Virus record (IMG/VR): IMGVR_UViG_3300036884_000676
Source: a virus
Taxonomy: Duplodnaviria; Heunggongvirae; Uroviricota; Caudoviricetes
Direction: 5' to 3' (one strand)
DNA: 64,000 nucleotides
Below, in pieces: positions 57,605 through 64,000 of this stretch; within the stretch, counting starts at the first letter, position 1, and each line of letters begins with the position of its first letter. Position numbers and translations under genes: made by a program. Below the pieces are notes generated by a model that was not told the origin of the DNA, did not search any database, and worked only from the letters and a program-made list of their open reading frames with translations.

Positions 57605-57925
57605 TTATTTTTTTGGTCCATTCAATACAAAATCAGAAAACTTGGTAAAAACTTTTGGCTTATTATTTTTATTACCTTTTTTACTTTTCTTACTTTTTTT
57701 TCTATCTAATTTATCAAAACGATCACCCATATCATAAGCTGCTCTATCCCCACTTCCGACAGTACCAGATCCACCTTGCCAAACTGAACCCGGAAGTGAA
57801 CCGACTTGAGCTGTTGTTATATTACCCATTCCATTGATATTGGCTGTAGCAAAAGCTGTACCACCTCCACCGTCTCCATCTTCATTTAACTTTATGTATT
57901 CACTATATTTTATAATTTTTTCCAT
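57605..57925 (-). CDS. CTS-bearing protein containing a copy of the capsid N-arm
   Basis: KYSEYIKLNE, then 39 aa with 22 identities to capsid aa 49-87. Confidence 0.8.
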   Translation of the reverse strand: MEKIIKYSEYIKLNEDGDGGGGTAFATANINGMGNITTAQVGSLPGSVWQGGSGTVGSGDRAAYDMGDRFDKLDRKKSKKSKKGNKNNKPKVFTKFSDFVLNGPKK

Positions 57926-57928
57926 GTT

Positions 57929-58156
57929 TTACTTTTTAATTTCTTCAACACTGAAATCGTGTAAATAATTTGTTCTTTTAAATTCACTTGCCTCTCCTCT
58001 TGTTTTAAATTGTTTTGCATCTTTCTTAGACTTTGAAGTAATAATATGATCTTTCATCATAATTTCTTGAAAATATGTATTATCTTTATCTTGCAAAACA
58101 AAAACTAATTTATCTTTCTTTTCTGTGAATTCTTCGAATAATTTGATGTATTTCAT
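57929..58156 (-). CDS. putative internal head protein (CTS)
   Basis: Start 58156, MKYIKLFEEFTE. Confidence 0.7.
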   Translation of the reverse strand: MKYIKLFEEFTEKKDKLVFVLQDKDNTYFQEIMMKDHIITSKSKKDAKQFKTRGEASEFKRTNYLHDFSVEEIKK

Positions 58157-58182
58157 AATATTTTGTTTATTTTTAGATGTCA

Positions 58183-58713
58183 TTATCTCCATGTTGTTTG
58201 ATTTTCCCAATATTTTTTATTTAATTTGGTTATTGATTTTTTTTCTTCACCAGATTTACCAAAATTTATTACTTTCACTTTATCACCTTCTCTTGCTAAA
58301 ACACGATATTTATGTTTACCTTTTCCCTCATATTTCTTCGGATGATTAAACCCCGGAAAAGTTTCATTCCTATATTTTAAACCATGAGCCAAACGCTCAA
58401 CATCTACACTCTCTCCCTCTGTTAATAGAGATTCTTCCATTTCTTCACCACCTTCCATATATTCATGTCCATCTAATTCGAAACCATGTTTTTTTGCGTA
58501 TATATCCGCGTGATAATAAACATGATCAATCCCACTACCGTTTCCTATTAATTCTTCTACGCTGTCATATTCTGGTAGTTGACCATTTTCTTTACACCAT
58601 AAATCATAATGATATAACCAATGTTCCAAGATGTTATCAGGTATTAGACCATAATCTACCTCGTAGTAATCACTCTCATTAATAAATTCTTCATATTTCT
58701 TAATTCTTTTCAT
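58183..58713 (-). CDS. putative internal head protein (CTS)
   Basis: MKRIKKYEEFINES; late motif 58735-58745 heads the operon 58713 to 56777. Confidence 0.7.
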   Translation of the reverse strand: MKRIKKYEEFINESDYYEVDYGLIPDNILEHWLYHYDLWCKENGQLPEYDSVEELIGNGSGIDHVYYHADIYAKKHGFELDGHEYMEGGEEMEESLLTEGESVDVERLAHGLKYRNETFPGFNHPKKYEGKGKHKYRVLAREGDKVKVINFGKSGEEKKSITKLNKKYWENQTTWR

Positions 58714-58792
58714 GGTATGTGAAATAATTTTCTGTTATATATTAATTTCTAACAGTGATTTTTTATATATACCTAAAAATAACTGACACTAA

Positions 58793-59368
58793 ATGAAAAA
58801 AGGATATGTTAAACTTTTCGAGGAATTTATTGATGCCGACTATGATATGCAGAGAATTATAAAAGAATTGGAAAAAAGAGCCAATCATTGGTTCGAAAAA
58901 GGTGAACTATCAAAAGATGCCCAATTGGTTGATATTAAACAAACAGAAACGGCAATCTCCACAAGAAAAAGTTTAGTGGTCGAATTCAATGATAATGAAT
59001 TTTATTATCAAGTGATTATAAGGGTAAATATAGAACACATGGATAAATGTGAATTAATAATTAAAAAATACAATCCAAATGCAAAAGATGGTGATACTTT
59101 AAAATTAGAAGATCAATTAACATTAACTGGTGAAGATAGTATTGATGTGAATGATATAAAAGGAAAATTCATACTTGATAAGATATCGGAATTAAATGGA
59201 AAAAGTAAAAATCCAGATGAAAATGATATAGATATTCCAAAAGAACCAGAACCACCAGAACAACCAGCTCCAGAAACACCACCTGAAGGTGAAACACCAC
59301 CTCAATCACAAGCACCACCACAAACTCAGGGGGGTCCACCTGCACAAGAGGCCCCACCATCATTATAA
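58793..59368 (+). CDS. CTS-bearing protein with Pro/Gln-rich tail
   Basis: MKKGYVKLFEEFID; late motif 58762-58772. Confidence 0.65.
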   Translation: MKKGYVKLFEEFIDADYDMQRIIKELEKRANHWFEKGELSKDAQLVDIKQTETAISTRKSLVVEFNDNEFYYQVIIRVNIEHMDKCELIIKKYNPNAKDGDTLKLEDQLTLTGEDSIDVNDIKGKFILDKISELNGKSKNPDENDIDIPKEPEPPEQPAPETPPEGETPPQSQAPPQTQGGPPAQEAPPSL

Positions 59369-59383
59369 AAATAAAAACTTAAC

Positions 59384-59872
59384 ATGAATATAGTTTGTTC
59401 ATCCTTAGTTGCAAGAAACTTTGAAAAAGTAAAAGAATTTAAAAGAGATTTAGGATTTACTCTAAGTCAAGATGTAAAAAATGGAAATGGTCCTATGAGA
59501 ACAATATTCAAAATAAGAGATCCCTTTGTTAGACATTATTTTGAAATTTATGGGTTTTATCCTAATAAAAATGGGACTATTGGTAAAATAGGAATTTATA
59601 TAGATCCGAAGGTCTTGAATGATAAATTAAAATTGTTCGATGATGATAAAGAATTTGTTTTCGAATTTGATTCGAATATTGAGAATGTAAGGGCCTATCT
59701 TTCAAAAGTTATCGGAGATATTGAATCTGGTACAGTAAAAGCTAAAGATATTGAAGTTAATACCGATGGTAGTATTGAATTCTATGTTGATCCTAATTTA
59801 CCACCAGAACAATATATGGAAGAATTCCTGAAACAGAAAAAGAGAATGGAAGAATTAAATTTATTAAAGTAA
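59384..59872 (+). CDS. hypothetical protein
   Basis: 162-aa ORF. Confidence 0.7.
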   Translation: MNIVCSSLVARNFEKVKEFKRDLGFTLSQDVKNGNGPMRTIFKIRDPFVRHYFEIYGFYPNKNGTIGKIGIYIDPKVLNDKLKLFDDDKEFVFEFDSNIENVRAYLSKVIGDIESGTVKAKDIEVNTDGSIEFYVDPNLPPEQYMEEFLKQKKRMEELNLLK

Positions 59873-60172
59873 TGGAAACCAAAAAATTACATACCAAAAA
59901 AGATGCTGATTCTGTATTGGAACTTATACAAGAAAACATCTCAAAAGAATCAACATTAATTGGTGGTTTTGGTAAAGGTAAAAAAAACATCTCACCATGA
60001 TATTGATATACTTATCCCAAATAAAAAATTCAATTCGACATTAAAAAACAAATTAAAAAAATTATTGAACACTAAATCGGTTGAAAATACAGATTGGGGT
60101 GGATGGTATTTTAACGACACAGATTTTGGTGATATTGATATATTTCACACAACAAAAGATTTTGAATATTAA
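59872..60172 (+). pseudogene. minimal Pol-beta-type nucleotidyltransferase, frameshifted at A8 (59980-59987)
   Basis: METKK...LIGGFGKGKK joins TSHHDIDILI if one A is removed, giving the G-G/S...DxD motif. Confidence 0.6.
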
Positions 60173-60188
60173 AAAATAATTAAAATGT

Positions 60189-60389
60189 ATGGATAATATA
60201 AATTATAAAGATAATGTAGAAGAAGTAATAAAAGAAATGGAAGATAATGCAAAAAACATCGAAAGTTTCAAAGTAATTACAGAAATTATTTCAGTCCAAA
60301 CACCAAAAGTAGAAAATTCTGAGAATGGAACTGCTTATGTTGATAATAATTTAAATGGTATGGGTAACATCGTGAGTCCTCAACCTTAA
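60189..60389 (+). CDS. small protein ending in a partial capsid N-arm copy
   Basis: AYVDNNLNGMGNIVSP vs capsid AYVNLNQNGMGNILAP. Confidence 0.65.
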   Translation: MDNINYKDNVEEVIKEMEDNAKNIESFKVITEIISVQTPKVENSENGTAYVDNNLNGMGNIVSPQP

Positions 60390-60443
60390 TTAAGAATATT
60401 TTTTGGTTTTTAGAATCAATATATATAAGAAAAAACACATCTT

Positions 60444-61157
60444 ATGTCAGTAGAGCAATTAGACCTTTCAACATTAGTACAAGCTAATTTTCCAGAAAGC
60501 GAATATTACAAAATAGAAACTCCTAAAAATCAGATACTTATACATCATACAGTATCAGGGCCAAACGCCAATGGTGTTATAAATTGGTGGATTCAAGATC
60601 CCGGTAGAGTAGCTACCCATTTTATAGTAGATGGAAATGGTACTATCTATCAATTATATAGTAGTAAATATTGGGCACATCACTTAGGAATTAAAAGCAC
60701 TTTTTTACAGCAACAGGGATTCTCTGATTATGGAACAAGAAATGTTTTATTAAATCAAAGTTCCGTGGCCATAGAAACTTGTCGTTGGGGTGGATTAATA
60801 AAAGACGCTAATGGTTTTCATCCTTCATTATGGGATGCAAACTCAGGTAAAGAAATCGGAAATCCGAAAATAGTGATACCACCAGAAAATGTAGTTACAT
60901 TCAATTCACCATTTAGAAGTTATCAATATTTTGAAAAATACACAGACCAACAGATAACATCTCTTATGAAATTGGTTAATTATCTTTGTGATAAATTTGA
61001 CATTCCAAAAGATTACAACCCCGGAATGTGGGATATATCAAAAGATGCATTAGGTGGTAAGCCGGGAATTTGGACTCATGTTAGTTATCGTCCAGATAAA
61101 AGCGATATGTGTCCACAACCTGAATTGATAAGTGCATTACAATCACTATCCATGTAA
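60444..61157 (+). CDS. N-acetylmuramoyl-L-alanine amidase (endolysin)
   Basis: ILIHHT, THFIVD.NGTIYQ, AHH, AIE and TH...DK.DMCP; late motif 60418-60428. Confidence 0.88.
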   Translation: MSVEQLDLSTLVQANFPESEYYKIETPKNQILIHHTVSGPNANGVINWWIQDPGRVATHFIVDGNGTIYQLYSSKYWAHHLGIKSTFLQQQGFSDYGTRNVLLNQSSVAIETCRWGGLIKDANGFHPSLWDANSGKEIGNPKIVIPPENVVTFNSPFRSYQYFEKYTDQQITSLMKLVNYLCDKFDIPKDYNPGMWDISKDALGGKPGIWTHVSYRPDKSDMCPQPELISALQSLSM

Positions 61158-61213
61158 ATTTTAAAACTATAATCATTTGGATAAATATAATTTCCAAAAA
61201 TAATTATTTTCTT

Positions 61214-61519
61214 ATGAAGAAAGATAATTTTTGGCCTTATAATTTTGATATTCTACAAAAGACAAAACCAGTAGAACACTTGGTCGAATGTGGAAATCTG
61301 GAAAAATCTGGTAATGGATTCGAAAAAAATTCTTTTGTGACCCTATCTGAACAAATTAAAATGTTGAATAAAAATGCAGAAGAAATATTATCAACATTAA
61401 ATAAAAATGTACAAGAAATGACATCAACAAACGAAATAGAGTGGAGGAAAAAGGATATAAATGATAAAAAAGATTATGAATATTTAAAAAATTACTCCAA
61501 TATATTAGACATACTATGA
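61214..61519 (+). CDS. hypothetical protein
   Basis: 101-aa ORF. Confidence 0.55.
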   Translation: MKKDNFWPYNFDILQKTKPVEHLVECGNLEKSGNGFEKNSFVTLSEQIKMLNKNAEEILSTLNKNVQEMTSTNEIEWRKKDINDKKDYEYLKNYSNILDIL

Positions 61520-61923
61520 GATGTAGAAGATTGAAACAAAATAATTTTGAAGATTGTAAAATAATCTTTGATGAAATATTTGATACTAATGACTTCGAAG
61601 CGGAATGGACTTTGATGATGAAATATGGAAGAATATATGGATTGTATGATAAGAATATATTAATTGGTTTTTGCAGTTGGGTTCATTTTTCTGAAGATGA
61701 CTATATAACTTTATGTAATTTAACTATTAAAAAAGATCTCTGGAGAAAAGGTTTCGGAACAAAAATAATTAAATATGTCATGAGTAAGAAAAAAGGAAAA
61801 TCATTGCTCGTACAAACAAATGCCAAAGAATTTTTTGAAAAACTCAACTTTAAAATAACTACCGATTTCGAAGATGATGAAACTCAGCCATACAGATATA
61901 TTATGAAATATTTGGAAAAGTAA
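61516..61923 (+). CDS. GNAT acetyltransferase
   Basis: LTIKKDLWRKGFGTKII motif A; FFEKLNF. Confidence 0.85.
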   Translation: MRCRRLKQNNFEDCKIIFDEIFDTNDFEAEWTLMMKYGRIYGLYDKNILIGFCSWVHFSEDDYITLCNLTIKKDLWRKGFGTKIIKYVMSKKKGKSLLVQTNAKEFFEKLNFKITTDFEDDETQPYRYIMKYLEK

Positions 61924-61960
61924 AATATTTTTCGTAATATATACAAAAAACAGAAAATAC

Positions 61961-62425
61961 ATGGATACGACTTGTGGAATTTATCTAATAAATAAAAACA
62001 ATCAAATACTTTTGGTACACCCAATTAATGCTCCTAAATTTATATGGTCTATACCAAAAGGTTTAATGGATAAGGGTGAAACTTATTTAGAAACAGCTTT
62101 GAGAGAAACCTTTGAGGAAACCAATATTAAAATTGATATGCATTCTTCAACCATTAAAAGAATTATGGAGTTTGAAATGGTCAAGTATAGAAAAACCAAA
62201 AAACAGCTCAAGTCATATGCCTTAATAGTCAACGATGATTTCTCTGGTATTACCTTAAAGTGTACAAGTACATTTAAGAACAGGGATGGTATAAATGTAC
62301 CAGAAAATGATTTAGTTCAATGGTATCCATTAGAATTTAAATCAGATCCACAATATTCACATATTCAGCTTCATGAATCTCAGGAAACCATTTTAGAACT
62401 TTTAGTCAAAAAGTTAACAGATTAA
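61961..62425 (+). CDS. NUDIX hydrolase
   Basis: WSIPKGLMDKGETYLETALRETFEETN Nudix box. Confidence 0.92.
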   Translation: MDTTCGIYLINKNNQILLVHPINAPKFIWSIPKGLMDKGETYLETALRETFEETNIKIDMHSSTIKRIMEFEMVKYRKTKKQLKSYALIVNDDFSGITLKCTSTFKNRDGINVPENDLVQWYPLEFKSDPQYSHIQLHESQETILELLVKKLTD

Positions 62426-62474
62426 TTTTTTTATTTCAATATTTTTCGTTATATTCATTTTAAATTAAAAAATC

Positions 62475-63014
62475 ATGATGATATCACTAATGAAATCGAA
62501 GCTTCACAACATTCCAGTTACAGAAGCCAATCCAAATTATATGGGGTCTGTTACCATAGATGAAGATTACATGGATGATGTTAATCTCATTGAAAACGAA
62601 CAAGTACAAGTCCTGAATAAGAATAACGGTGAGAGAATATGGACCTATGTAATCAAAGGTGAAAGAGGAAGTAAAACCATTGGAATAAATGGTCCAGCTG
62701 CACAGAGATTCACTGTCGGTGATAAAATTATCATTATATCATATGCTATAATGGATTATGAAACAGCTAAGAATTTTAAACCTTTAATTAAAATGTTCGA
62801 ATCTCCTGATGATTTGATAAATTTAAGACTTAATGAGGAAAACTTGACTAAACCATATAAAGAACATTTAGAATCTGAAAACTTGACTAAGCCATATAAA
62901 GAATATATAGAATCTTTTAAAAAATTCGAGAAAGATGTCACTTCAACAAAAGAAAAAGCTATCGAATTTTTACAATCAATTGGTTATTTACCATATGAAA
63001 CAACAGAAAAATGA
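62475..63014 (+). CDS. panD: aspartate 1-decarboxylase with C-terminal extension
   Basis: KSKLH..VTEAN.NYMGSVTID, NGERIWTY.I.G, NGPAA and GDKIIIISY. Confidence 0.93.
   Translation: MMISLMKSKLHNIPVTEANPNYMGSVTIDEDYMDDVNLIENEQVQVLNKNNGERIWTYVIKGERGSKTIGINGPAAQRFTVGDKIIIISYAIMDYETAKNFKPLIKMFESPDDLINLRLNEENLTKPYKEHLESENLTKPYKEYIESFKKFEKDVTSTKEKAIEFLQSIGYLPYETTEK
62838..62915 (+). repeat. 39-nt tandem duplication in the panD extension
   Basis: ENLTKPYKEHLES / ENLTKPYKEYIES. Confidence 0.85.
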
Positions 63015-63373
63015 GTGTTCGAATGATTAAAACTGAGATTGATATTCTATTTAGTGGGGACAAGTTATCAATTAAAGACCTCAAAAAGAAATTAAAAGTT
63101 CCGATTAAAACATTAGTCGAATATGATGAGATTGCCAAACTTGGTCGTTATAAAAACAAACCATCTCCATACGGTTTAGGTGTGTTAACAGTTGATAATA
63201 CTAAACTTGGAAAAATTTTGAGTGTTCTGGTAAATAACTTCAAAGTTTTACAAGAAAGTGGAGTTGATAGAATTTTTCTTTCGGTAAAATTGGGTAACAA
63301 AAATTTCTTCTTATCGTTTGATGATTTAATAAAACTAACTATGTTAAATGCCGATATTGAAGTTTGGAAATAA
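63011..63373 (+). CDS. hypothetical protein (DUF4279-like pattern)
   Basis: 120-aa ORF, ATGA overlap; family call weak. Confidence 0.5.
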   Translation: MSVRMIKTEIDILFSGDKLSIKDLKKKLKVPIKTLVEYDEIAKLGRYKNKPSPYGLGVLTVDNTKLGKILSVLVNNFKVLQESGVDRIFLSVKLGNKNFFLSFDDLIKLTMLNADIEVWK

Positions 63374-63381
63374 CAAAAAAA

Positions 63382-63636
63382 ATGAGTATAACAAGAAAAA
63401 TATTATTGATTATAATAAGTTCACCTCTTTTTATTTTGGGAATATTATGGGGTTTAATGACAGCTTGCCTATTACCAGTAGTTTTACCTTTTTTATTTTT
63501 AGTAACAATAATACTGGTAATCAAGAAAGATGAGGATGCTTATTCTGATTTTTGGGGATTTCTATGTATGTGGTGTGGATTAGGTTTTTATATTTATTTT
63601 GATATGGTTTGGGATTATGAACTTTTTGATTTTTGA
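63382..63636 (+). CDS. small membrane protein
   Basis: Long hydrophobic segments. Confidence 0.55.
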   Translation: MSITRKILLIIISSPLFILGILWGLMTACLLPVVLPFLFLVTIILVIKKDEDAYSDFWGFLCMWCGLGFYIYFDMVWDYELFDF

Positions 63637-63656
63637 TTTGGTTTGATTTTGGTTCG

Positions 63657-63686
63657 AAAATGGGGGTGTTTGTCATCCCCATTTTT
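63657..63686. terminator. bidirectional intrinsic terminator
   Basis: AAAATGGGGGTG-tttgt-CATCCCCATTTT. Confidence 0.75.
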
Positions 63687-63689
63687 GTT

Positions 63690-64000
63690 TTATTTCAGAA
63701 TCTTTATTGCATCAGTAAACCACCTTGGAAAATAATTTGTCTTTTTTAATACATCAGAAAAACAACTATCTAAAATAAAGGTATGACCCCAATCTGTATC
63801 AGATCTAACCACACGTCCATAAGCTTGCATAATTTCTATACAAGTTGTGTAATCGTACCATTTTTTATTACTTCTCTGTCTGGCTTTAATTTTATTACTA
63901 CTTATATTCGGATATGGCACCTTTAATAAAATTTGAAAGCGCGATAATTCATCGTCTAAACTTATTCCAGTGGTCATGGAAGGAGAGACTATTACTTTAT
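63690..64000 (-). CDS. DinG/Rad3-like helicase C-terminus (5' end outside window)
   Basis: Frame open to the edge: KVIVSPSMTTGISL.D..SRFQI..KVPYP...QAYGRVVRSDTDWG..FILD. Confidence 0.85.
   Translation of the reverse strand, partial: KVIVSPSMTTGISLDDELSRFQILLKVPYPNISSNKIKARQRSNKKWYDYTTCIEIMQAYGRVVRSDTDWGHTFILDSCFSDVLKKTNYFPRWFTDAIKILK

Noticed and set aside
1-64000. Cellular (Bacteroidota) chromosome, suggested by dnaK, infC, rpmE2, panD, speD and a sensor kinase
   Set aside because: These are isolated genes without their normal operon neighbours, embedded among T4-like head genes, phage-type promoters and many short orphan ORFs.
1-64000. Stop-codon recoding as in some Bacteroidota megaphages
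   Set aside because: Conserved genes of 600-1000 aa translate intact with the standard code, and TAG/TGA end ORFs at sensible positions.
1-64000. tRNA or rRNA genes
   Set aside because: Intergenic gaps are short and AT-rich, and no cloverleaf or T-loop GTTCGA context was recognised by eye; tRNAscan-SE would be decisive.

Overview
64 kb of an AT-rich, T4-like jumbo phage genome, most likely infecting a Bacteroidota host. The host call rests on TAnnTTTG-type promoters, A-rich translation starts without a Shine-Dalgarno motif, and Bacteroidota-like bL31B, IF-3 and FN3 sequences. The left end holds the head module on the minus strand: a short gp55-like late sigma factor, gp4 head completion, gp2-like, gp20 portal, a gp21 protease fused to a 14-residue-repeat scaffold, and the gp23 major capsid protein. 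The rest mixes virion and late genes with host-like genes: infC, bL31B, dnaK, CCA enzyme, speD, panD, dut, a complete hybrid histidine kinase, M16 peptidase, RNase H, RuvC-like, NADAR, NUDIX, GNAT and an amidase endolysin. Four patterns stand out by eye. (1) About 17 otherwise unrelated ORFs begin with a T4-type capsid-targeting/cleavage signal (MK..[FY]..FINE-like), and several carry ADP-ribosyltransferase-like or HAD domains. (2) Two small proteins carry a copy of the N-terminal arm of the mature major capsid protein. (3) A late-promoter motif TTAATATATA occurs more than 25 times, and a second early-promoter motif about 7 times. (4) Two genes are each broken by a +1 shift in an A8 run. No tRNA, rRNA or CRISPR array was recognised. 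All family assignments are by motif recognition; no database search was run.
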